DNA of 44,214 nt. Source: a virus. Shown piece by piece: positions 6,914 to 14,828 of the stretch (position 1 is the first letter of the stretch; each line of letters opens with the position of its first letter). Under the pieces are notes generated by a model. It ran no database searches. It was not told the DNA's origin and saw nothing but the letters and a program-made list of their open reading frames with translations. The stretch spans positions 1 through 44,214 of the IMG/VR virus record IMGVR_UViG_3300027807_000002. One strand, given 5' to 3'. Position numbers and translations under genes: made by a program.

Positions 6914-7466
6914 ACCTGACATCGCCGCTAAGGCCGATTTCCGGGCGATACAGACCAAACACGCCCTGGCCGCTCCTACCGAAGGGGCGGCCTCTTTTTT
7001 GGCCCCCAGCAAGCGGAATCCGGGCAAGGCTTCGCGGTCTTATCGCAAGCCCGCGCCGTTTTGGTCGCGCGTTGATAAATCGGGCGGCCCGTTGGCGTGT
7101 TGGCCGTGGACCGGCGCTCGAGGCGGATCGTCCAACTTGTACGGAAAACTTGGCGTGCGGCGCGCTGATGGATCGAAAGCAAGCGCGTATGCGCACCGCA
7201 TTGCGTGGACGCTGACACACGGAGAACCTGGTGATTTATTGGTTCGGCACAAGTGTGATTTCGGTTTGTGCTGCAATCCCGATCACCTCGAATTAGGGAC
7301 CGCAAAGGATAACCATGACGACGCAGTTAAGCGCGGCAGAGCTAAAGCGCCTACAATCCTTATCGGGCGCAAGCATTGGCATGTTACAAACCCGAAAGCC
7401 TCGAAAGCACACCGAGGAAACCTTGCAGCGCGCAATCGTGCGGGTGCTAAATCTCGCACAGCCTAG
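6903..7466 (+). CDS. HNH endonuclease
   Basis: CWPWTG......YGKL.......AHRIAW.L..G......VRHKCD...CCNPDHLELGT...N is the classic HNH_3-type signature. Confidence 0.85.
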   Translation: MTRKPDIAAKADFRAIQTKHALAAPTEGAASFLAPSKRNPGKASRSYRKPAPFWSRVDKSGGPLACWPWTGARGGSSNLYGKLGVRRADGSKASAYAHRIAWTLTHGEPGDLLVRHKCDFGLCCNPDHLELGTAKDNHDDAVKRGRAKAPTILIGRKHWHVTNPKASKAHRGNLAARNRAGAKSRTA

Positions 7467-7773
7467 AATCTTATTCTTTGCCGTACCCAACGGGGGCGCC
7501 CGGAGCGCCAGCGAGGGCGGCCGGTTCAAGGCCATGGGCGTTTTGGCCGGCGTGGCGGACTTGGTGCTCGTGTCACATGATGGGCGGGCGTTATTCCTGG
7601 AGCTCAAGGCCAAGGGGGGTCGGCAGAGCCCGGCCCAGGCGGATTTTGAGCACGCGTGCGCGGTCTCCTGCGCGCCCTATGCGGTGGCGTCAAACCTGGA
7701 CGAGGCGCTGGCGATTGTGCGGGGCTGGTTTCCGGAGGTGAGCTTTCCCCGTGTGAGCTTTCCGCGCACGTGA
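7315..7773 (+). CDS. VRR-NUC domain nuclease
   Basis: EETLQRAIV..L.......FFAVPNGGARS...G.RFKAMGVLAGVADLVLV...GRALFLELKAKGGRQSPAQADF matches the VRR-NUC core. It overlaps the HNH ORF, so the true start may be the ATG at 7381. Confidence 0.75.
   Translation: MTTQLSAAELKRLQSLSGASIGMLQTRKPRKHTEETLQRAIVRVLNLAQPRILFFAVPNGGARSASEGGRFKAMGVLAGVADLVLVSHDGRALFLELKAKGGRQSPAQADFEHACAVSCAPYAVASNLDEALAIVRGWFPEVSFPRVSFPRT
7569..7582 (+). repeat. dispersed motif copy CGTGTCACATGATG
   Basis: Read directly. Lies inside the VRR-NUC ORF. Confidence 0.9.
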
Positions 7774-7799
7774 GGCTTGCGTGTGAGGTGAGCTCGGCC
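7738..7799 (+). repeat. four tandem GTGAG(C/G)T-type repeats spanning the VRR-NUC stop
   Basis: GTGAGCTTTCC at 7738 and 7753, GTGAGGCTTGC at 7770, GTGAGCTCGGCC at 7788. The first two encode VSFPR VSFPR. Confidence 0.6.
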
Positions 7800-7810
7800 G
7801 TAAATGCAAA

Positions 7811-7847
7811 CCCCGCCCGGTGGTGAGCCAGGCGGGGTTCTTTGTTT
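7811..7847 (+). terminator. rho-independent terminator
   Basis: CCCCGCCCGG / CCAGGCGGGG stem (one mismatch), TGGTGAG loop, followed by TTCTTTGTTT. Confidence 0.65.
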
Positions 7848-7941
7848 CAACCGCGGGGGCAACGCGGCTGGACAAGGGCGCGCCGTTTCTACCGGTTGCG
7901 CCTTTGTTGGGCAAGCCCCCCGCTTATAGGGGTTTTTACTC

Positions 7942-8196
7942 ATGACGGACGACGAGAAACGCGCGGACACCAGGCGCATGGCCTTGGCGTGGTTGGCGAT
8001 ATCCGACTCGCTCCTGGCGACGGATCCGCATTGCAGCATGCAGGCCCTGAAAACCGACGCTTTGCGGGCGGTTTCCATGTTCATCGCCCTGCACGAGGGC
8101 CGGGTTCAAACGGCGAGCATGCTGCGCACGCTGGCGGACGTGATCGAGCGGGCCGAGGCGGCTGACCAAGCTAAACAGGGGGGGGCGCTCCAATGA
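7942..8196 (+). CDS. hypothetical protein
   Basis: 84-aa ORF, first gene after the terminator. ATGA-type coupling to the initiator gene. Confidence 0.55.
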   Translation: MTDDEKRADTRRMALAWLAISDSLLATDPHCSMQALKTDALRAVSMFIALHEGRVQTASMLRTLADVIERAEAADQAKQGGALQ

Positions 8197-8870
8197 GCGT
8201 TCAGGCCCTCACGGCCGCGATAGCGGTGTATTCGATCCATTACCGCGAAAAAGCCGTCCTCCTGGTGCTGGCGAATTATGCGGACGAGGAGATGAAATGC
8301 TGGCCGTCCGTGGCCCGCCTGGCCAAGGAGGCGTGCATGAACGAGCGGACGTGCCAGCGCGCCCTCGCGGAGCTGGAGCGGCTCGGTTTCATCACCCGCC
8401 AGGTGCGCCCTTGCGCGGACGGCCGACAGCGAACCAGCCTTTACACGCTCCGGTTAGGAATGGGTGTCTATCTGTCACCCCAGCCTGAACCAGGGGTGAC
8501 AAAAAAGGGGGGGGAGGGGTGTCAAATAGTGCATGATAGGGGTGACACCGCAGTCACCCTAACCGTAATAGAACCATCATTAGAACCATCAAAGAATCCC
8601 CCCTTAGATTCCCCCCTTGGGTTTTCAGCTTTTTGGGACGCCTATCCGCGAAAGGTAGGAAAGCTGGCCGCGGAAAAGGCCTACGCGTCCGCTCTCAAGA
8701 AAACCGACTCCGATGCGCTGCTGGCCGGTGCGATCCGCTACGCCCGAGAGCAACGGGGCAAGGATCCGGTTTACATCGCCCACGCCTCCACCTGGCTGAA
8801 CCGCGGATCTTGGCTTGATGAGCCGCAGAAGCCGCGAAGCTATGATCCGTCCACCACGTTCCCGCCGTAA
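8193..8870 (+). CDS. replication initiator-like protein (N-terminal winged HTH)
   Basis: REKAVLLVLANYADEE..CWPSVARLAKEACMNERTCQRALAELERLGFI is a wHTH. The C-terminal FSAFWDAYPRKVGK..AEKAY...TWLNRGSWLDE is typical of phage replication proteins. An iteron cluster lies in the inter-domain linker. Confidence 0.6.
   Translation: MSVQALTAAIAVYSIHYREKAVLLVLANYADEEMKCWPSVARLAKEACMNERTCQRALAELERLGFITRQVRPCADGRQRTSLYTLRLGMGVYLSPQPEPGVTKKGGEGCQIVHDRGDTAVTLTVIEPSLEPSKNPPLDSPLGFSAFWDAYPRKVGKLAAEKAYASALKKTDSDALLAGAIRYAREQRGKDPVYIAHASTWLNRGSWLDEPQKPRSYDPSTTFPP
8462..8620. repeat. iteron cluster / candidate origin of replication inside the initiator gene
   Basis: Six copies of GGGTG(A/T)C or its complement at 8462, 8473-8481, 8493-8501, 8516-8524, 8539-8547 and 8553-8559. 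A6G8 run at 8501-8514. TAGAACCATCA twice (8569, 8581). TCCCCCCTT twice (8597, 8610). GC content is locally lower. Confidence 0.55.
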
Positions 8871-8873
8871 GCC

Positions 8874-9170
8874 ATGGCGACGAAATGGGAGAAGGCGGCG
8901 CAACTGGGCATAGAGGTGCGGCGGGACCGTCCGGCGCAATATCTGACCTGCCCGGAGTGCTCGCCTAACCGCAAAAAAAAGCTGGCCCGGTGTCTCAGCG
9001 TGCGCGTGGAGCCGGACCGAATCATTTGGAAGTGTCACCATTGCGAGTGGAGTGGGGCGGCGTATGACGACGAAGGCGGGCGTGTGGGAAGTATTGGAGC
9101 GCCGGGGGCTAGACGTGGAGCTGGCCAGCAAAATGGGGCTGAACGTGCAAGTCGGCGCTGGTGGGGCTGA
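8874..9170 (+). CDS. primase-type zinc-ribbon ORF (probably the N-terminal domain of the primase-helicase, in another frame)
   Basis: LTCPECSPNRKKKL...WKCHHCEWSG is a CxxC...CxxC primase Zn motif. After about 9060 the ORF continues as a low-information tail overlapping the next gene. Confidence 0.55.
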   Translation: MATKWEKAAQLGIEVRRDRPAQYLTCPECSPNRKKKLARCLSVRVEPDRIIWKCHHCEWSGAAYDDEGGRVGSIGAPGARRGAGQQNGAERASRRWWG

Positions 9171-10503
9171 AACGCTGGTGATTTCTTTTGCTCGCCGCGG
9201 CGTTATTGCGGGGCGCAAGTATCGACGTTTTGACGGGGAGCCCAAGTGGAGGGCGGAATGGGCCGAGCATCCCATCGCCTGGAACGAGGACGTTCTCCTG
9301 CGCGAGGATCTGTATGGCCAACCTTTGATCATCACGGAAGGCGAGCTGGACGCGCTGGCCGCGATCCAGGCGGGGTTTGAGCGGACCATCAGCCCGCCCA
9401 ACGGGTGCGCGGGCGCCACAGGCTCGGAGGTTCGGGACGACGCGGCCGCCTTTCGCTGGCTTCGCGAGATCCAGCCGCGCCTGACGCTGGAAAGCGCGCC
9501 GCAGATCATTTTGGCGACGGACGGGGACGAGGCCGGGTCAAAGCTTCTGCACGATTTGCAGCTCGCGCTGGGGCCGGCGCGGTGCAAATTTCTGACATAC
9601 CCGAAAACCCGCCGTCGCGAGCTTGGCCGCGAGCGGTGCAAGGACCTGAACGAGGTGTTGCAGGAGTACGGCCTCGCCGGCGTGGTCAAAACCGTGCAGC
9701 GCGCGGCCTGGGTGGAGAGCCCAGGCGTCTACCGCATGAGCGAGCTCCCGCCCCTGCCCCCGGAGGAGGTTTTTGAGCCGAGCTACGCCTTGTTTCGGTC
9801 AAACTACAAAATCCGCCTCGGGGATCTCGTGGTGATCACAGGCGTGCCGGGGTTTGGTAAAACCACCTTCGTCAACGATTTTTTTTGCCGCGCGGCCAGG
9901 GACCACGGCCTTAACGTGGCCTGGGCGAGTTTCGAGCAGGAGCCCCAGCGCGATCACAGGCGGGCGATGCGTCGCTGGCATGGCGGCGACCAGGCCGCGG
10001 CGGACGCGTGGATCGACGAGCGCCATGTGTTCATCACCCCGAGCCTCACGGACGAAATGAGCCTGGAATGGCTCCTCGACCGCCTGGAGACCGCGGCGGT
10101 GCGGTTCCGGTGCAAGATCATGGTGGTGGACCCCTGGAACGAAATGGAGCACGTGCGGGATCGCTCGGAGACGCAAACGGAATACACGGGGCGGGCGATC
10201 CGCACCCTTAAACGGTTCGCCAAACGGTTTAAGGTTCACCTGGCCATAGTCGCCCACCCGGCCAAGATGCAGCGCAATAAAGAGGGGAAATATCCCCTGC
10301 CTAGTCTTTACGACATCGCGGACAGCTCGCATTTCTACAATAAACCGGACCTGGGCCTGGTTATTCACCGCGACGACGAAGGACAGACGCGAGTGATCGT
10401 GCAAAAATCCCGCTATCACGACGTGATCGGCCGGCCGGGGGAAGTGCTCATGCGATTTGACGAAGAGACGCGACGTTTTCGCGAAATTCAGCGCGTGGCG
10501 TGA
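9064..10503 (+). CDS. TOPRIM primase / DnaB-family helicase (T7 gp4-like)
   Basis: TOPRIM IITEGELDALA...LATDGDEAG. Walker A ITGVPGFGKTT. Walker B KIMVVDPWN. IVAHPAK...SLYDIADSSHFYNKPD. ORF opens at GTG 9052; ATG at 9064. Confidence 0.88.
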   Translation: MTTKAGVWEVLERRGLDVELASKMGLNVQVGAGGAETLVISFARRGVIAGRKYRRFDGEPKWRAEWAEHPIAWNEDVLLREDLYGQPLIITEGELDALAAIQAGFERTISPPNGCAGATGSEVRDDAAAFRWLREIQPRLTLESAPQIILATDGDEAGSKLLHDLQLALGPARCKFLTYPKTRRRELGRERCKDLNEVLQEYGLAGVVKTVQRAAWVESPGVYRMSELPPLPPEEVFEPSYALFRSNYKIRLGDLVVITGVPGFGKTTFVNDFFCRAARDHGLNVAWASFEQEPQRDHRRAMRRWHGGDQAAADAWIDERHVFITPSLTDEMSLEWLLDRLETAAVRFRCKIMVVDPWNEMEHVRDRSETQTEYTGRAIRTLKRFAKRFKVHLAIVAHPAKMQRNKEGKYPLPSLYDIADSSHFYNKPDLGLVIHRDDEGQTRVIVQKSRYHDVIGRPGEVLMRFDEETRRFREIQRVA

Positions 10504-10556
10504 AAAAGTTGGCAAAGCGGTGCGAATAAAGGCAGAACCGAGGCGGAGGACGTGAC

Positions 10557-10781
10557 ATGCGCGACGTGGCGGTAAGGGCGGCCGAGCTTTTGAACGACGC
10601 CAGTGAGCTTGGGGCTCGCCACAAAATTGCGATGGATGAGCTCAAAAAGGCCGCCGTGCGCGAAGCACACATGCGCGCCGCCCTCGTGGCGATCCTAGTT
10701 GAGAGCCGCAAGGCGGTTCCCACGCGGTTTGCGTCCACCATCACTCGATTGGCCCAAGGCGGCCTGGAGATCAGCGAATGA
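10557..10781 (+). CDS. hypothetical protein
   Basis: GGAGGA SD at 10545-10550. 74 aa. Confidence 0.55.
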   Translation: MRDVAVRAAELLNDASELGARHKIAMDELKKAAVREAHMRAALVAILVESRKAVPTRFASTITRLAQGGLEISE

Positions 10782-11326
10782 CGATTGAAGTAGGATCCTA
10801 CGCCTTGAGCGTGGCGGAGGCTTGTCTGCAGATGGCCACAGAGCGAGGCTTTCCGGCGGCCTCCAAACGCATGATCAGCGCAAACCAGTTTTTGGCGAAA
10901 CAGCTCATGGAAGCGCAGGAGCGGATCGCAAGGCTGGAGCGCGACAACGCCCAGCTGCAGGCCAAGCTCGACCAAGCTCGGCAAGAGAGCGAGATCGCGC
11001 CAAACGTGATTGAGGAACTTACCCAGCTCGTGGAAGCGTCCGCGCAAACCTCCGCCGCCGCCCAGTACGACCAGGCCGAGCTGCAGGGGATCCGCCTGGC
11101 CGTGCAGAGCCTCAGCGAGACCCTTTACGGGATCCTGATGGCCGAGACCGCGGAGGACGGCAATCTGACGCACGAGCTTATGGCGCAGGCCAACGATCAA
11201 CTGCAGGCCATGCACGATCAGGGCATCATCAGCCTGCCCGAACCGCAAGCCGACAGCGAGCTTCACGAAATCCACCCACGCCTTGCGGGGATGACCGGTG
11301 ACCGGCAGGCCAAAGGCGCAGCGTAA
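10778..11326 (+). CDS. hypothetical coiled-coil protein
   Basis: 182 aa, ARLERDNAQLQAKLDQARQE coiled coil. Coupled start. Confidence 0.55.
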   Translation: MTIEVGSYALSVAEACLQMATERGFPAASKRMISANQFLAKQLMEAQERIARLERDNAQLQAKLDQARQESEIAPNVIEELTQLVEASAQTSAAAQYDQAELQGIRLAVQSLSETLYGILMAETAEDGNLTHELMAQANDQLQAMHDQGIISLPEPQADSELHEIHPRLAGMTGDRQAKGAA

Positions 11327-11816
11327 GCCCCCCGCGCGGGCCAGGATCAAGCTTCCCCCGCCGCCGAGGCCGGGGCGTGAGAGCTCGTTTCACAAGAGCA
11401 TGATCGAGACAGCGCGGGCTTATCGGTTTCTCGGTTACACCTATGAGGAGATTGCGCAGCGCCTGGGCGTGTCTGACCGGACGTTTTATCGCTGGTTAAA
11501 AGAGCGTCCCGAACTGCGGCAGATTTTGGAAAATGCCGGCGAGTTGGCCGATGGAAACGTCGCCATGAGCCTGTATCAGAGGGCCGTGGGCATGACGCTG
11601 GTGGAGATTCGCGAGGGCACGCATGAGGACGAAGAAACCGGCGAGCGAACCTTCCACATCGCCTCTCGCACAACCCGAGAACAGGCTCCCGACACCCAAG
11701 CTGCCCTGGCTTGGCTTCAAAATAGGCAGCCGGGCAAGTGGAAAGCCCGCAGCGAAACGGATCACAACGTCAACCTCACCGTCAGACGCGCCCTCCTGGA
11801 GCTCGGAGACGATTAA
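11298..11816 (+). CDS. terminase small subunit (putative)
   Basis: Basic N-terminus. HTH YTYEEIAQRLGVSDRTFYRWLKERPELRQ. Then ...GNVAMSLYQRAVG......DTQAALAWLQNRQPGKWKARSE is the usual TerS pattern. Confidence 0.6.
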   Translation: MTGRPKAQRKPPARARIKLPPPPRPGRESSFHKSMIETARAYRFLGYTYEEIAQRLGVSDRTFYRWLKERPELRQILENAGELADGNVAMSLYQRAVGMTLVEIREGTHEDEETGERTFHIASRTTREQAPDTQAALAWLQNRQPGKWKARSETDHNVNLTVRRALLELGDD

Positions 11817-11829
11817 CCTGGAGTATCCC

Positions 11830-12318
11830 ATGAGCGACACCGGCCTGGCCGAGGACGTGCAGAAAAATACCTTCGCGCCATTCACGCGGAGCGAGCATTT
11901 CAACGGTGAGCGGGGAACCTGCAAGGCGGGGTGCGCTAGGCGGTGTTTCCTGGGCGCCTCGCAAAGCGCCCTTAATCTTTGCCCCAACTACACCGTCAAC
12001 GCGGATTGGAAAGAGCCCGAGCCTGACCCCGTGCCGGCCGTAGAGGCCGATTACACGGCCGACGCGGACGTGGCGGTAAACTACCAACCCACGGATCTCG
12101 GCCACGGCAAGGCCGCGCTGAACCAGGAGCTGGCCAGCCTCACGGCCGCGCTGGAGACCAACACCCAGGATCTGGCTCAGGCCGCCGCGGTGCTGCAAAA
12201 GCTCACGGCCGACGCGGAGGACTTGCACGCCAAGATCGCCAGCGTGCAGCGCGCGTTAGGCGTCCTGCAGGGCGTTGAGCCGGACGCGGACCCGAACGAC
12301 ACGGACCCCAACGCCTAA
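11830..12318 (+). CDS. hypothetical protein (Cys-containing N-terminus, coiled-coil C-terminus)
   Basis: ATG at 11830, in frame within ORF 11623..12318. 162 aa. Confidence 0.5.
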   Translation: MSDTGLAEDVQKNTFAPFTRSEHFNGERGTCKAGCARRCFLGASQSALNLCPNYTVNADWKEPEPDPVPAVEADYTADADVAVNYQPTDLGHGKAALNQELASLTAALETNTQDLAQAAAVLQKLTADAEDLHAKIASVQRALGVLQGVEPDADPNDTDPNA

Positions 12319-12330
12319 GCATCATGGAAC

Positions 12331-12579
12331 ATGGTAAGGCCGCGCATGGAGCTGCCGCCCCTTGACGCTCCGGACGCGGCCGAGCCGTCCATGGTGCGCG
12401 TGGACGGGGATGAGATTTGGGAGGTTTGGTGCGAGGTGGAGGATCGGGCGCTCGGCATGCGCCCTTTCCAGATCGCCGCGGCCTACAAGGACGAACGCAC
12501 GGCCGTGGCCAAAGCCCGGAGCATTGGCCGCCATGCAGTGGTGTATCGGGTGCGCAGGAGGGCCGTGCGTTGGGACTGA
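12331..12579 (+). CDS. hypothetical protein
   Basis: 82-aa ORF. Confidence 0.5.
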   Translation: MVRPRMELPPLDAPDAAEPSMVRVDGDEIWEVWCEVEDRALGMRPFQIAAAYKDERTAVAKARSIGRHAVVYRVRRRAVRWD

Positions 12580-12629
12580 AACCGCACCAGGAGCGCCAGG
12601 AGCGCGCCTATCTCAGCCATGGGGCTGAC

Positions 12630-12761
12630 ATGCAGCACCGTCGCCAAAGGCGCGTAATCCCCATCCGCCGCAGCACCTGGCGGGCGATCAAGGCTTGGGG
12701 CGTGGTGCTGGCCTTCGCGGCCGGCGTGTTCGGCGTCATCTGGTGGGCGGTGGACCATTGA
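12630..12761 (+). CDS. small membrane protein (basic N-terminus plus one TM)
   Basis: MQHRRQRRVIPIRRSTWRAIKAWGVVLAFAAGVFGVIWWAVDH. The start is inferred within ORF 12417..12761. Confidence 0.4.
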   Translation: MQHRRQRRVIPIRRSTWRAIKAWGVVLAFAAGVFGVIWWAVDH

Positions 12762-13093
12762 CGAAACCTTTTGATCAGCTTGACCCCTTCGAGCGCCTGG
12801 CGGTGCTCCGCGAAATGATCGTCCGCCTCGATGGCCTGGTGCGCGATCTCAGGCGCTCTCGCGACGCCGACGCCCTGCAGGTTCTGGCGTTTGAGCAGCG
12901 CCTGGCGGGCATCGAGGCCGAGCTGATGCAGATCAAGCGCGAGCGCGGTGGAGAGACCATGGAGGACCTATTGCAGCCCGACACGCCAGACAGACGTGAG
13001 GGCTTGCAAGAGCCCACATTCCTAGAAATGCTGGCGCGTCGCCAAGGTGCGATGGAGGCGCTGGTCAGATCCCAGCGCGAGGAGGACAAATGA
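12758..13093 (+). CDS. hypothetical coiled-coil protein
   Basis: The TTG at 12758 overlaps the preceding stop (ATTGA). 111 aa. Confidence 0.45.
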   Translation: MTKPFDQLDPFERLAVLREMIVRLDGLVRDLRRSRDADALQVLAFEQRLAGIEAELMQIKRERGGETMEDLLQPDTPDRREGLQEPTFLEMLARRQGAMEALVRSQREEDK

Positions 13094-14010
13094 CGGACGT
13101 GGATGAGCGGCTGGAATTTATCGCTAGCCAAATTTCGACGTGGCGCGAGGCGCAGGTGGCGCTGGAGACGCAGGTTCAGGAGCTGGCCGAGCAGCGCAAA
13201 GAGACGCTGGACGTGCCTCAAACGATGGCAAATCTGCACGAGCGTATTGACGCGGTGAGCAATCAGATTGGGATGCTTTGCATAAACTTAGACCAGTGGA
13301 ACGTAGAGCTCGACGCCATGCGTAAGGAGGCCAAAGCCGCCCGCGCGGCGTTTGAAAACGTGCAGATGCACGCGTCTTTATTCGCGGGCCGGGCCGAGGG
13401 CGCGGAGAACCAAGCCCGCGAGGCCACGGGCCTGGTCAAGGCCGTGCAGGTGCGCCAGATCAGCGACTATGAGCGCCTGATGCGGGCCATTGCCGACATC
13501 GAAACCCACACTGAGGCTTTGAGGGCGCTCGACAAGCGCACCGAGCAGATGGACGCGCGGCTGGTGGACAGCGCCGACAAGATTGAGGCGCTGGGGCACA
13601 AGGTGGCCTGTCACGCCGGATTCTTGCAGGGCTCGGCCGAGCGCGTTGATGACATGGCAAAGGCGATCTACAAGATTAACCGCGCGGTGACCGGCCACGA
13701 TCAGCGCCTGGGCGACATGCAGAAGGATGCGCTTAGCCTGGCGCACGAAATGGGCGCCCGCGTCAACGCCCTGGCGGCCGGCGAGCGCGCCACCATGGAG
13801 CGCCTTAGCAAGCTGGAGGGCGACCGCGGCGGTATGGTCAAGTTATCGACCGACCCCTACGCGCGACCGCTCGCGGGCGTCGCGCCGCCCGAACGGGTGA
13901 TGGAGGCCGTCAAAAAGGTTCTGGACGTTAAGGGTGATCCACCCCTCACCTTCCGCTTGACCTGGTACGATCTGGAGCTCGCCGTCGCGGCGGGTTTGCG
14001 GGCGCTATGA
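13090..14010 (+). CDS. 306-aa coiled-coil protein, unknown function
   Basis: Long heptad-like helical sequence. ATGA coupling on both sides. Confidence 0.6.
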   Translation: MTDVDERLEFIASQISTWREAQVALETQVQELAEQRKETLDVPQTMANLHERIDAVSNQIGMLCINLDQWNVELDAMRKEAKAARAAFENVQMHASLFAGRAEGAENQAREATGLVKAVQVRQISDYERLMRAIADIETHTEALRALDKRTEQMDARLVDSADKIEALGHKVACHAGFLQGSAERVDDMAKAIYKINRAVTGHDQRLGDMQKDALSLAHEMGARVNALAAGERATMERLSKLEGDRGGMVKLSTDPYARPLAGVAPPERVMEAVKKVLDVKGDPPLTFRLTWYDLELAVAAGLRAL

Positions 14011-14207
14011 TGGCCTGCCCGGATCCCGAAACCCTGGCCGAGGCCGCGCCCCTTGAGCTGGTGGCCGTATGCAGCGAACTTGGCGCTACTATAGTGATGT
14101 TGTTTTTCAACCGCCCGCTGACGCAGGCGCAGATTATTACAATTCGGACCCTAATTGACCAGCACATCAGGATTTTGGACGGTGAACAGATCGGGCGGGT
14201 GCAATGA
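14007..14207 (+). CDS. hypothetical protein
   Basis: 66 aa, coupled. Confidence 0.5.
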   Translation: MMACPDPETLAEAAPLELVAVCSELGATIVMLFFNRPLTQAQIITIRTLIDQHIRILDGEQIGRVQ

Positions 14208-14431
14208 CGCCGGCCGGATGGATCGCCACGCACAAAAAGGGCGGGCAGGCCATCGCTTTGATCCGCGAGGCGTTGCCTGCCTACACGGGCAAAGGGTGGG
14301 ACGTGCAGCCCGTTTATGTGCTCACGGAGGCCGAAAAGAACGCGATTCAGGCCCTTCGCGAGGGTTGCCCGATGCTGAGCATACCTCACCTAAATCGGCG
14401 CATCGTGTCACTTGATGACTCAACCCCATGA
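14204..14431 (+). CDS. hypothetical protein
   Basis: 75 aa, coupled. Confidence 0.5.
   Translation: MTPAGWIATHKKGGQAIALIREALPAYTGKGWDVQPVYVLTEAEKNAIQALREGCPMLSIPHLNRRIVSLDDSTP
14404..14417 (+). repeat. dispersed motif copy CGTGTCACTTGATG
   Basis: Read directly. Lies 11 nt upstream of the ATG at 14428. Confidence 0.9.
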
Positions 14432-14601
14432 ACACAACCGATGCAGACGAGGCGCACGTGCTGGACGCCAATGGCCGGCGGGTGGCGATCAAGGATCTGC
14501 ACCCGCGTCATGCGGCGGCTTTGGCCAAGCGGTTTCGCAAAACCAATGGCGTTTCGCTGGCCATCATTGAGGCCTTGGACAAACGGGCGGGCAGGTCATG
14601 A
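14428..14601 (+). CDS. hypothetical protein (57 aa, below the ORF-track cutoff)
   Basis: Hand translation: MNTTDADEAHVLDANGRRVAIKDLHPRHAAALAKRFRKTNGVSLAIIEALDKRAGRS. ATGA overlaps at both ends fill the only gap in the coupled gene string. Confidence 0.5.
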   Translation: MNTTDADEAHVLDANGRRVAIKDLHPRHAAALAKRFRKTNGVSLAIIEALDKRAGRS

Positions 14602-14828
14602 GCTTCACGCCTGACATAGCCGTGGGCGACGTGGTGCAGGCCCTGCGCAATCCGGGCGTCATAGACTGGCGCGGCGTGCCCATGGTGGTGACGGACGTGC
14701 GCGCCTGGGGCGTTATAGCGGAGGTTCGCTTGCCCATCGGTCCGCATGATGTTCGAAGCCGGGCCAGCGTCATCCCCGTGCGCCTTGAGTTTCAGGACCT
14801 GCGCAAGATCGGGCGGATGGAGGGATAA
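14598..14828 (+). CDS. hypothetical protein
   Basis: 76 aa, coupled to TerL. Confidence 0.5.
   Translation: MSFTPDIAVGDVVQALRNPGVIDWRGVPMVVTDVRAWGVIAEVRLPIGPHDVRSRASVIPVRLEFQDLRKIGRMEG

Noticed and set aside
7315-7466. 152-nt overlap between the HNH and VRR-NUC ORFs as a possible fusion or frameshift.
   Set aside because: Both domains are complete in their own frames. The overlap shrinks to about 85 nt if VRR-NUC starts at the ATG at 7381. Nothing suggests a joined product.
8973-8981. A_AAA_AAG slippery heptamer (A8 run) inside the primase zinc-ribbon ORF, resembling the dnaX -1 frameshift site.
   Set aside because: A -1 shift here enters a frame that destroys the second half of the Zn ribbon and stops at 9063-9065. 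It also does not lead into the TOPRIM-helicase frame, which is +1. It remains a possible sequencing-error hotspot only.
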